From Chloroflexota bacterium (GTDB lineage Bacteria > Chloroflexota > Dehalococcoidia > Dehalococcoidales > UBA2162), in contig JACPPV010000023.1 in the NCBI GenBank assembly GCA_016190825.1, positions 139,476-203,475 of the forward strand: 64,000 nt of DNA, given 5' to 3'. How positions within the stretch are numbered: position 1 is the stretch's first letter; each line of letters starts with the position of its first letter. The translations under genes were made by a program, and so were the position numbers. Below the pieces are notes generated by a model. That model did no database searches. It worked only from the letters and a program-made list of their open reading frames with translations, and had not been told where the DNA came from. Below are positions 10,533 through 18,889 of the stretch, one piece after another.

Positions 10533-10641
10533 ACCGTTCGCCCCCGTATCAAGTACGGGGCAGGCTCTGAGCCTGTCGAAGGGCGCGCCGATGGTTTCCT
10601 TCGGCTTCGCTCAGGACAGGCTAGCTCACCATGAACGGCGC
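10533..10641. repeat. 109-bp composite palindromic repeat (CCGTTCG...CGAACGG family), copy 1
   Basis: 106 of 109 positions identical to 29582-29690 in the same orientation. Related copies at 21692, 40637 and 43864. Confidence 0.85.
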
Positions 10642-10671
10642 ATGTGTTACGCTTAATTATGAAACTTAGTA

Positions 10672-11829
10672 CTAGACGAATGCGGCCACGCCCAGGGTCT
10701 CCCGTGCGATGATGAGCTTCTGGATTTCGGCGGTTCCCTCGTAGAGTTGCAGCCCGATGGCATCACGGAGGTAGCGCTCCGCTGGATACTCGTTGGAGTA
10801 GCCGTAGCCGCCATGAATTTTGATCCCTTTTTGCGCCGCCCGCACCGCCACCTCGGCGGCGTAGTACTTGGCGATGGAAGCCTCGCGTACAAAGTTCTGC
10901 CCTTTATCTTTCATGCTTCCGGCGCGGTAAACAAACCAGCGTGCCGTTTCGGTCTCGGCGACCGTTTCAGCTACCATCTCCTGGACAAGCTGGAATCCGG
11001 CGATGGGTCTGCCAAACTGCTTCCTCTCCCGGGCGTATTTTACCGCCGCCTCAATGCTTGCCTGCGCAACCCCCACGCAAGCGGCGGCAGTGCTTAGCCG
11101 GGCGCAGTCCAGCGCATACATCGCCACCTTAAAACCCTCGCCGACTTCGCCCAGCATATTTTCAGATGGTACCATGCAGTCTTGAAAGATGAGCTCGGCG
11201 GTATTTGAATCGCGCAGTCCGAGCTTGCCGTGAATGTTACGACTCGAAAAGCCGGGCGCACCGCGTTCTACCAGGAAGGCGGTGATCCCCCGGTGGCGCT
11301 TTGTCTTGTCTGTCTGGGCAAAGACCAGGGCAATATCGGCGATGCCGCCGTTAGAAATCCACATCTTGTTGCCCCTGAGGACCCAGTTGCTGCCATCGGG
11401 TCGCGCGCTCAGTTCAATGTCGGCGGCATCGCTCCCGATATTGGGCTCGGTCAGGGCGAAGCAGCCGAGTATCTCACCGCCAGTTGCGCGGGGGAGGAAT
11501 CTTTGTTTCAAATTCTCGCTGCCGAAGCGCAGGATTGACATCTGGAACAGCGAGGTGTGCACTGTCAGACAGGTGGTGAATACCCCGGCAGAAGCTTTGG
11601 CAATCTCCTCGCAAATCATGAGATAGGTGACGTAGTCGAGCCCGGCTCCGCCGTACTCCAGTGGCAGCGGCGCACCGAGCAGACCTAAATCCGCCATTTT
11701 CTGCGTTATTTCGGGGCGGTAATGCTCATTCAGGTCGTCTTCCCTGGCGACCGGGCTGATTTCTCTCTGGGCAAAATCCCGGGCCAGGTTGCGGACCTGC
11801 TCTTGTTCACCGCTAATATCAAAATCCAT
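10672..11829 (-). CDS. Acyl-CoA dehydrogenase
   Basis: 385 aa. GCFALTEPNIGSDA, YEGTAEIQ and a C-terminal catalytic Glu context. Confidence 0.9.
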   Translation of the reverse strand: MDFDISGEQEQVRNLARDFAQREISPVAREDDLNEHYRPEITQKMADLGLLGAPLPLEYGGAGLDYVTYLMICEEIAKASAGVFTTCLTVHTSLFQMSILRFGSENLKQRFLPRATGGEILGCFALTEPNIGSDAADIELSARPDGSNWVLRGNKMWISNGGIADIALVFAQTDKTKRHRGITAFLVERGAPGFSSRNIHGKLGLRDSNTAELIFQDCMVPSENMLGEVGEGFKVAMYALDCARLSTAAACVGVAQASIEAAVKYARERKQFGRPIAGFQLVQEMVAETVAETETARWFVYRAGSMKDKGQNFVREASIAKYYAAEVAVRAAQKGIKIHGGYGYSNEYPAERYLRDAIGLQLYEGTAEIQKLIIARETLGVAAFV

Positions 11830-11917
11830 CGCAGCGTATTCCTATTTCAGAGATTTTCGCAGCACTTCGCCCTACTGTGGACAAAGTATACACTCCGCCT
11901 TCCCATCCACCTCCTCT

Positions 11918-11967
11918 GGATTCCCGCTCCCGTATTGCTGTACGGGACAATCTTCGCGGGAATGACA
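11918..11967. repeat. Palindromic repeat (GGATTCCCGC...GCGGGAATGACA type)
   Basis: ggattcccgctcccgtattgctgtacgggacaatcttcgcgggaatgaca. Same termini as 19299-19369. Confidence 0.5.
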
Positions 11968-11980
11968 AAGCGACCAATCC

Positions 11981-12835
11981 CTATTTCCTGTAATCATAGA
12001 ATCCCCTGCCTGTTTTTCGACCCAGGTGCCCGGCCGCAACCATCTTTTTCAGCAGAATGGGGGGGTTAAGTTGAGTTTCCCTCAGTTCCTTGTACATTGA
12101 GTCGGCAATGGAAAGGATCGTATCAAGTCCGGCAAAGTCACAGAGCGCCAGAGGTCCCATGGGATGGTTCAGCCCCATTACGATCGCCTGGTCAATATCC
12201 TCCTTGCTGGCGTAGCCGGACTCGTATAACCGTATTGCTCCAAGTACAAAAGGCATGATCAGGCGAATGACGATGAAACCCGGCAAATCCCGCACCACGA
12301 TAACTGTCTTCCCCAAAGACTGGCCGAAAGTATTCCCCAAACTCACCGTCTCATCGCTTGTAGAAACCGTTTTGACCAGTTCGACTAGCTTCATCAGTGG
12401 GACCGGATTGAAGAAATGTAGTCCCAGCACCCTTTCAGGGCGCCGGGTCGCGACGGCGATATCTATGACTGAAAGACATGAGGTGTTGGTTGCCAGGATA
12501 GCATCAGGAGGGCAGACTTTATCAAGCTGAGCAAAGATCTTCTTTTTCAGCTCAAGGTCTTCCGGCACTGCCTCGATTACCAGGTCACAGCCTCTGAAGT
12601 CATCAAAGCTCATGGTGCCTTTGATTCGGGAGAGAGCATCTTCTTTTTCTTCAGCCGTGGCACGGCCTCTTTCCACCGCCCGGTAGAGTGATGCCTTAAT
12701 TGCCGCCAGCCCTTTTTCCACCGATTCGCCGCCAGATGAAGATGCGATGACATCATACCCCGCTTTGGCGCATACCTCGGCGATACCACATCCCATGAGT
12801 CCGAAACCCACCACGCCTACTTTCTTTATTTCCAT
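11981..12835 (-). CDS. hbd: 3-hydroxybutyryl-CoA dehydrogenase
   Basis: Rossmann motif VGVVGFGLMGCGIA directly after the internal Met (MEIKKVG). The ORF extension upstream of 12835 overlaps the crotonase end and is not used. Confidence 0.88.
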   Translation of the reverse strand: MEIKKVGVVGFGLMGCGIAEVCAKAGYDVIASSSGGESVEKGLAAIKASLYRAVERGRATAEEKEDALSRIKGTMSFDDFRGCDLVIEAVPEDLELKKKIFAQLDKVCPPDAILATNTSCLSVIDIAVATRRPERVLGLHFFNPVPLMKLVELVKTVSTSDETVSLGNTFGQSLGKTVIVVRDLPGFIVIRLIMPFVLGAIRLYESGYASKEDIDQAIVMGLNHPMGPLALCDFAGLDTILSIADSMYKELRETQLNPPILLKKMVAAGHLGRKTGRGFYDYRK

Positions 12836-12857
12836 AGTTGCTCTCCTTACTGAAATT

Positions 12858-13628
12858 TCATCTGGCCGTGAAATTGGCTTTCCGTTTTCCGAGAAAGGCG
12901 TCACAGCCTTCAGCAAAGTCCTCCGTCGTTGCCAGAAAGTCAATCAGTGTTTTTTCGAGTTCCAATCCGTCTCCCAAGGAACGCTCCAATCCCTGCGCCA
13001 TCGCCTGCTTTGCCGCCCTCACTGCCAGCGGGGCCTGACGGCAAACCAGTTCTGCCATCTCCCTTGCCGCGGTAAGTAGCTGCTCCGGTGGCACAAGCTT
13101 GTTAATAAGGCCGATATGGTATGCCTCCAGAGCATTGATTGATTGGCCGGTGAGGATTATCTCGGCGGCCCTGGCCCGGCCGATCAGGCGGGGTAAACGC
13201 TGGGTGCCGCCCCAGCCAGGGATAAGCCCCAGTGATACCTCGGGACAGCCAAATACGGCGTTTTCGGAGGCTATTCTTAGATCGCAGGCGAGAGCCAGCT
13301 CCAGCCCCCCGCCGAGCGCATAGCCGTTAATAGCGGCAATCATCGGCTTCCAGAGGTCAAGTCCGCGAAGAATGGTAGGCGGGTCAGCCCATGGCTGGCC
13401 ATGATTTTTCCTGATCGTCGGTAGCTTTGTCTTGATATCGGCGCCGGCACAAAAGGCTTTCCCGCCGGCTCCGGTTATTATACCCACCCACACGGTCTCA
13501 TCATCCTTGAAATCGATCAGGGCACGGCTCAGCTCTTCCAGGCTTGTCTGGTCCAGTGCGTTAAAAGCCTCCGGACGGTTCAAAGTGAAAACGGCGATTC
13601 TGCCCTCTTTTGCGTAGTTAACAGTCAT
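12858..13628 (-). CDS. Enoyl-CoA hydratase (crotonase family)
   Basis: 256 aa. GAGGKAFCAGADI and GGGLELALACD motifs. Confidence 0.88.
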   Translation of the reverse strand: MTVNYAKEGRIAVFTLNRPEAFNALDQTSLEELSRALIDFKDDETVWVGIITGAGGKAFCAGADIKTKLPTIRKNHGQPWADPPTILRGLDLWKPMIAAINGYALGGGLELALACDLRIASENAVFGCPEVSLGLIPGWGGTQRLPRLIGRARAAEIILTGQSINALEAYHIGLINKLVPPEQLLTAAREMAELVCRQAPLAVRAAKQAMAQGLERSLGDGLELEKTLIDFLATTEDFAEGCDAFLGKRKANFTAR

Positions 13629-13819
13629 CTGTACCCTTGAGTCTCATTTTTCCGGCCCACCGCTTTCCCGGCATCCAGAGAATACAGTTTCCCCTACCCT
13701 GACAATCTTTCCTGGGAACCAATACTGCTAATGTAACTCTGTTACTGGACAAGCCGCACAATAAATGAAGCCCGTCCCCTGCGCACACGGCCGGGAACCC
13801 CGCTCACGCGGGGGAAAGG

Positions 13820-14308
13820 TTATTTCTTTTCATAAATAGAGACATCGGACTTTTTGAAGCCCATGTCCGTCAGGAATTTCTGCAATCGTTGGTCCTTGTC
13901 TTTGGCAACGCCGCGCATGATGGCATTATTGCGTTTGCACTCTCCGTAGAACGCCTCGACCAGCATCCGGCCGACGCCCTTACGCTGGTACTCAGGACTG
14001 ACGCCAATCATATCAATCCAGCCTGTCTTCTTACGGCTTATCGGCATGTCTGCCGTCTGCATCAGTCGGATAATTGACTGGCTATGCTCTTCCTGGGAAA
14101 TATTTCCCACCACAAATCCAACCACCTGTCCATCTGCTTCAGCGACAAAGCTCAGCTTCGGGTTGTGGACTGCCCAGTAAACCCCGAAAGAAAAAGGCCA
14201 GGTAGTCACCCGGTTTTCACCAAAGAGCAGGCCATCAATATAATTCACCCGTGGCAAGTCAGCCTCTTCCATTTTTCGGACTTTGACCTCTCCACTTCTT
14301 CGAACCAT
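13820..14308 (-). CDS. GNAT family N-acetyltransferase
   Basis: 162 aa. Acetyl-CoA motif A QRKGVGRMLVE. Confidence 0.75.
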   Translation of the reverse strand: MVRRSGEVKVRKMEEADLPRVNYIDGLLFGENRVTTWPFSFGVYWAVHNPKLSFVAEADGQVVGFVVGNISQEEHSQSIIRLMQTADMPISRKKTGWIDMIGVSPEYQRKGVGRMLVEAFYGECKRNNAIMRGVAKDKDQRLQKFLTDMGFKKSDVSIYEKK

Positions 14309-14469
14309 GATTATCTCCTTTCCGGGGTTTCCAAGATTGCGGGTATTTTACACTATTTTTCGGGGAGGGGCAACTGGTTTCCCCGGCTTAAACTCAATCT
14401 TTTTGAGATGTGATATAATAATAAGATATTGAGTAAGGTCTGAGAAAAAAAGTATCGCTCTAGTAAGAG

Positions 14470-15453
14470 ATGCATAATCATAATCATGCCGCCGGGACCA
14501 GTCACCTGGCAGCAGCGGGCACCCGCCCGCTAAAGATGGCCCTATTTATCATCACGGGCATAATGGTCGCTGAGGTCATCGGGGGCATTGTCAGTAACAG
14601 TCTGGCGCTTCTGGGTGACGCGGGACACATGTTTGTTGATGCGCTGGCTTTAGCCCTCAGCCTCGCCGCCATGACCATGGCGCAAAAACCGGCAAGCCGC
14701 ACCCGTACTTTCGGGTACCATCGCATGGAGATCCTGGCCGCTTTAGCCAATGGCATCACCATCGCCCTGGTGTCCGTTTATATCTTTTATGAAGCCTACC
14801 ACCGGTTGCTGGAACCCCCGGAGGTGAAAGCACCGATGATGATTACGGTAGCGGTCGTGGGCCTCGTTGGCAATCTGGCGGCAGTATTCCTGCTCCAGCG
14901 GGGCAGCCTTGTCAGCCTGAACATGAGATCCGCGCTATGGCATGTTATCGGTGATACGGTATCATCGGTTGGGGTCATCGGCGCCGCTATTATCATTGCG
15001 CTGACCGGCTGGACGCTGGCTGACCCCGTAATTGCTGTCGCCATCGGCGCTATTATTCTCATCGGAGCGGTAAGGCTGATTCGGGAATCGGTCCATATTC
15101 TGGCTGAAGCGGTGCCAAAGAATGTTGACGTGGACAAGGTTGTCCAGGTAATCAAGAATACGGGCGGCGTGGATGACGTGCATGACATCCATATCTGGAC
15201 GATTACATCGGGGATACATGCAATGAGCGCCCACCTGGTAATTGCCGATCAGAGGGTCAGCCAGTGTTCTGACGTTATCGATTCCATCAACCATAACCTC
15301 TCAGAGCAGTTTCAGATCAGCCATACAGCCTTGCAACTGGAGTGTGAGACGTGTCCCTCCGGGTTTGTCTGCGAGATAGAGAAGCCAAAGAACAACCACA
15401 ATCACAATGGAGACGCGCCGTTACCTCGATCCCGGTCTATCGCTGAGCATTAA
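14470..15453 (+). CDS. Cation diffusion facilitator (Zn/Co/Cd efflux, CzcD/ZitB-like)
   Basis: 327 aa. Six TM helices, HxxxD pairs (GDAGHMFVD, HVIGD), His-rich N-terminus (HNHNH) and C-terminus (NNHNHN). Confidence 0.88.
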   Translation: MHNHNHAAGTSHLAAAGTRPLKMALFIITGIMVAEVIGGIVSNSLALLGDAGHMFVDALALALSLAAMTMAQKPASRTRTFGYHRMEILAALANGITIALVSVYIFYEAYHRLLEPPEVKAPMMITVAVVGLVGNLAAVFLLQRGSLVSLNMRSALWHVIGDTVSSVGVIGAAIIIALTGWTLADPVIAVAIGAIILIGAVRLIRESVHILAEAVPKNVDVDKVVQVIKNTGGVDDVHDIHIWTITSGIHAMSAHLVIADQRVSQCSDVIDSINHNLSEQFQISHTALQLECETCPSGFVCEIEKPKNNHNHNGDAPLPRSRSIAEH

Positions 15454-16000
15454 GATTCGCGGCTTGTTTCGCTAAAGCCTCTCTCCGGCTGTAAATGCAG
15501 CCACAGTAGTGTTGCCGGTAGAGGTTCCACTTCTTTGCCAGCTCCATTGAGCGCTTGAAGCCGTCTTTCTTCTTGAAGTCCCGCACCAGAAACCTATCCC
15601 CGCCCACCTCGTATCCCACTTCGTTAACGACCGCCGCCGATTTGGAGGGGCTAACTGTGAGGGTTGTGGTGACAGCATCCCAGCCTTTTTCCAGCAGGTA
15701 AAGGTAGGTCTTCTCCAGGCGCAGCCTGAAACAGACGGAGCACCTTTTTCCACCCTCTGGCTCGTTCTCCAGCCCTCTGGTCTCTTGAAGCCATTGCTCC
15801 GCATCATACTGACTGACTGCCATCGGGAAACCCATCTCTGCGGCTACGCGGCGCGCCACTTCCAACCGGCGCTCGTATTCGTCCGCGGGATGGATGTTGG
15901 GATTGTAGAAGAAACCGCATACCTCGTGCCCCTCGGAGACCAGCCGCTCAACCACGCCGGCAGCGCACACCCCGCAACAGATATGGAGGACCACTTTCAC
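15437..16000 (-). CDS. queH: Epoxyqueuosine reductase QueH (DUF208)
   Basis: 187 aa. HICCGVC N-terminal cluster, CSVCF, C-terminal HYCGCIYS. Confidence 0.8.
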   Translation of the reverse strand: MKVVLHICCGVCAAGVVERLVSEGHEVCGFFYNPNIHPADEYERRLEVARRVAAEMGFPMAVSQYDAEQWLQETRGLENEPEGGKRCSVCFRLRLEKTYLYLLEKGWDAVTTTLTVSPSKSAAVVNEVGYEVGGDRFLVRDFKKKDGFKRSMELAKKWNLYRQHYCGCIYSRREALAKQAANLNAQR

Positions 16001-16653
16001 GGGAGAGACTCCATGGTGCTGATAACCTCGGTGAAGTCGTTAAAAGGCGTGCAGCTCATATTACCCTGGCGGCAGCGGTACAGCAGCGTGCCGGTAGCAA
16101 ATACGTGATGGGAGCGGCTGGCCGGCGGAAAATCGGAGGTGCCGTTGCCCAGGTAGATGACGCGGTAACCTTCCTCAAGGAACGAACTGACATAGGAACC
16201 CTTGAAATTATCATCAAGGCAACGGCCATCTGGTCCGATGTAACTGACATCGAGACCCCCGGGGTGAAAAGTGGTCCGTGCGGCAAAGACCTCGATTCCA
16301 TCAGCGCCTATGTTGCGAAGTATCTCCTCGATGTAAAAATCAAGGCCATTGCTGACGATGACAAGGCGGAAGCCATTCTGCCGGCAGTAGGCAACAAACT
16401 CCTCAAATCCCGGCCTTATCCTGACGCCTTCGATCGCGGCCTTGACCAGGCTGGCGCGGTCAGCCTTGACCATCGAGAAGGCTTCGGTATTAAAGCGCCC
16501 GACGGTTATCCGTCCGGCTTCATATTCCTTGAGACGCTCACGCCAGTGGCTGCTGGCGAAGATATCCAGCAGCATGAAGCTGATGTCGTCTTCGGTAACC
16601 GTGCCATCAAAATCGCACTGGACCAGAACTTTACCATTCCCCGCAAAAACCAT
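15997..16653 (-). CDS. HAD-IB hydrolase (MtnX / phosphoserine-phosphatase-like)
   Basis: DFDGTVT motif I, VSNG motif II, GNGTSD motif IV. Start chosen at the Met preceded by GGGAG. 4-nt overlap with queH. Confidence 0.7.
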   Translation of the reverse strand: MVFAGNGKVLVQCDFDGTVTEDDISFMLLDIFASSHWRERLKEYEAGRITVGRFNTEAFSMVKADRASLVKAAIEGVRIRPGFEEFVAYCRQNGFRLVIVSNGLDFYIEEILRNIGADGIEVFAARTTFHPGGLDVSYIGPDGRCLDDNFKGSYVSSFLEEGYRVIYLGNGTSDFPPASRSHHVFATGTLLYRCRQGNMSCTPFNDFTEVISTMESLP

Positions 16654-16781
16654 TTTTTCTCCCGCTAAGTAATACATATTCATTATATGATTTGTGGTCA
16701 CAATTGGGCAATGTAAGATATGGCTCCGGAGAGGGGCACGTTGTATACTGAAAAATAGGATCTGTATGACGGAGGATGAAA

Positions 16782-16973
16782 ATGTGCTGGAACTGCGGCT
16801 GCCTGATGCCGGATGACGACATGGGCAATAAGGATAACATAACCACGGCGACTCTTCTTAAAGCGGGAAAGGCGGCGGGGAATAAGAACCTGCAGGAGCT
16901 GGTGAAAAACTTCGTGCTGACATATGAAACACGGGTAAAGGGCACACCGGAAGATACGAAGCCAATCAAGTAG
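16782..16973 (+). CDS. Small Cys-containing hypothetical protein
   Basis: MCWNCGCLMPDDD... GGAGG lies 7 nt upstream of the second ATG. No family recognised. Confidence 0.35.
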   Translation: MCWNCGCLMPDDDMGNKDNITTATLLKAGKAAGNKNLQELVKNFVLTYETRVKGTPEDTKPIK

Positions 16974-17014
16974 CGTCTTGCGCTGGCACCTCAGTTGCAA
17001 GACCGCTACATAAT

Positions 17015-17090
17015 TTGTCATTGCGAGTCCCGACAAGTCAGGACTCGCAATCCGTGCGATTGCAACCCTGAGACGGATTGCTTGCGGAGT
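17015..17090. repeat. Palindromic repeat (TGTCATTGCGAG family)
   Basis: ttgtcattgcgagtcccgacaagtcaggactcgcaatccgtgcgattgcaaccctgagacggattgcttgcgg. The inner half is nearly the same as 32980-33017. Confidence 0.6.
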
Positions 17091-17264
17091 TCATATGGAG
17101 CGCAGGGCGTGCTCCATATGACAGGATATGATATTTTGTCATTCTCTGCCTCCTATTGCGTATTCCGCCGAAATCGGCCGCCTGGCTGGAGCAAAGTAGG
17201 CTACTTGTCCGGGTAAACCAGGCCATTCAGGGAGGGGCGCCGGGATGGCCTTAATCTAACTCAA

Positions 17265-17470
17265 CTACTCGTTATTTACAATCGCCTCCTTCCGTTCAGT
17301 TTTGGTAGTTGTTTTCCGGGTGCGCATGGATTCCCCTTTCAGTTCTATTCTGTAGACGTTATAGAGCAGGCGGTCCATGATGGCATCGGCCAGGGTGGGT
17401 CGCCGATGTTGGGGTGCCAATCTCCGACAGGGCACCGGCTGGCAATGATGGCATACAGAAGACGCCAGAG
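17265..17470 (-). pseudogene. IS21-family IstB helper ATPase, C-terminal remnant with a frameshift
   Basis: LYAIIASRCPVGDWHPNIGDP, then a 1-nt shift, then TLADAIMDRLLYNVYRIELKGESMRTRK, stop at 17265-17267. This matches the conserved IstB C-terminus. No Walker motifs or istA are present. Confidence 0.55.
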
Positions 17471-17553
17471 CTAAGCACGGATATAGAATCTCGAAATCCG
17501 GAAAATTTTTTCATCTTGGAGTTTCGAATTTGTTTTGTGCTTGGATTTCGAAT

Positions 17554-17581
17554 TTCACATTTCTCTCGTTTGTTGTATACT
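17554..17581 (+). promoter_or_regulatory. Candidate sigma70-type promoter for tRNA-Sec
   Basis: TTCACA (17554-17559), 16-nt spacer, TATACT (17576-17581), about 18 nt upstream of the tRNA 5' end. Confidence 0.35.
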
Positions 17582-17598
17582 TTGCTTAGCCGGGATGC

Positions 17599-17695
17599 GG
17601 GAGCGGATAGGTCCCGGTGGGCTTCGCGGACTTCAAATCCGTCGGGGGGCGCTTATGGCGTCTTCGGTGGGTTCGACCCCCATGCGCTCCCGCCA
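17599..17695 (+). tRNA. selC: tRNA-Sec (anticodon UCA)
   Basis: 97 nt. Anticodon loop CU-UCA-AA with UCA at 17633-17635. 6-bp D-stem (aggtcc/gggctt) with a 4-nt loop. Long variable arm. T-loop GTTCGAC. 7 to 8-bp acceptor stem. Encoded G-CCA end. The overlapping ORF 17414-17731 is spurious. Confidence 0.85.
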
Positions 17696-17732
17696 AGAAA
17701 CACTTGCTCACGAGACCTGATCTCTAAATAGT

Positions 17733-18302
17733 TTGACAAGCGGCATGTCTAGACGTAGAATATCCCCAATTTCGGAGGTGCTCATGTCAAAACGGAAATC
17801 GGTGAGGGGAGAATTCTGGGCAACTGCGTTCATCGTCGCAATAGTGGGATGGGCGCTCTTGGCTGACTGGTGGAAGGATAATTCCGCACTTGGATGGAGC
17901 CTACTCGGAGTAATGGTAATCGCTCTTGGACTGGTTCTATACAGGTCACCCACAGTCAGAGGGTGGTTGGGACGCACAGCAAGGGTTGCAGCCGAGAAGG
18001 CAGTCTTTGAAGACAACATTGCATCAGATAGAGAACCGATACCCCCTGAGAAGCGGAGGCAGGTACTAGCGAGGACAGACGGCAAATGCGCGGTCGAGAA
18101 CTGCAATCAGTCCGTGCGTCCGCACATACATCATATAGACATGAATAATCGTAACAATGACTTCCGTAATCTAATCGCATTATGTCCGAATTGCCATCAG
18201 AAAGCCCATAATGGGGATTTTACTCAGAGTCAACTTTGGAACTGGGTAAACCGGGACTTCCAGCAATTCAAAAAGCGGAGAGCTTCCCTGAGGTCCCGCT
18301 GA
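17733..18302 (+). CDS. Membrane-anchored HNH endonuclease-domain protein
   Basis: Two predicted TM helices (FWATAFIVAIVGWALLA, WSLLGVMVIALGLVLY) then an HNH motif CAVENC..HIHHID..N..NLIALCPNCHQKAH. The likely start is the internal MSKRK at 17784. Confidence 0.7.
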   Translation: MTSGMSRRRISPISEVLMSKRKSVRGEFWATAFIVAIVGWALLADWWKDNSALGWSLLGVMVIALGLVLYRSPTVRGWLGRTARVAAEKAVFEDNIASDREPIPPEKRRQVLARTDGKCAVENCNQSVRPHIHHIDMNNRNNDFRNLIALCPNCHQKAHNGDFTQSQLWNWVNRDFQQFKKRRASLRSR

Positions 18303-18435
18303 GAAATCGCCCCTTTGCTCCCGCCAGAATCTCACTCCCCCTCCACCCCTCAGCCTCGCGTCGCTGATGCCGAGGTGGTGAAGTTCTGCTATAATTCTCT
18401 AAGGCTCGACTACATCTACATCTGCAGGTGGGTTA

Positions 18436-18630
18436 ATGATGGAAACGCTCAGATTTGTCTATTACCAGGAAGGTGATATGTGGGTTGGCTGGCTCGATGA
18501 GTATCCGGATTACAGGAGCCAGGGAAAAACGCTGGATGAGCAAAAAGAAAACCTCAGGGATATATACGAAGACCTCAACAGCGGAAAGGTTCCCCACGTC
18601 CGCAGATATGGGGAACTAATAGTCGGGTGA
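18436..18630 (+). CDS. hicB: HicB-like antitoxin (short form)
   Basis: 64 aa. FVYYQEGDMWVGWLDEYPDYRSQGKTLDEQKENLRDIYEDL has the HicB N-domain pattern. GTGA overlap with the next gene. Confidence 0.55.
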   Translation: MMETLRFVYYQEGDMWVGWLDEYPDYRSQGKTLDEQKENLRDIYEDLNSGKVPHVRRYGELIVG

Positions 18631-18802
18631 AGAGAACTGAGCTTATCAGGAGAATCAACAGCCTGGGATGCGTTTTTATCCGCCACGGTGGTAGCCATGA
18701 TTGGTGCCAAAATCCGGAAACTAGGTCTCTCAACCCGTTCCGAGGCATCGCGAAATTGCTGACAGCCTCGCGAAGCATGTTCTTAAGATGCTGGGTCCCT
18801 AA
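18627..18802 (+). pseudogene. hicA: HicA toxin, frameshifted
   Basis: MKRTELIRRINSLGCVFIRHGGSHDWCQNPETRSLN is in one frame. The conserved end VPRHREIADSLAKHVLKMLGP-stop (TAA 18800-18802) is in another. The shift is at the CCC run 18735-18737. The listed ORF 18627-18875 is the read-through frame. Confidence 0.6.
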
Positions 18803-18889
18803 CTGCACAATAAACAGGACCGAAACGTCTTCAGTCTATTCCAGGGAAAAAGATCGGGTAGCCAGGTTTCTTTAGTTACGGACAAGCAG

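Noticed and set aside
17414-17731. 105-aa ORF
   Set aside because: It overlaps the tRNA-Sec gene and its promoter region and has no protein-like features.
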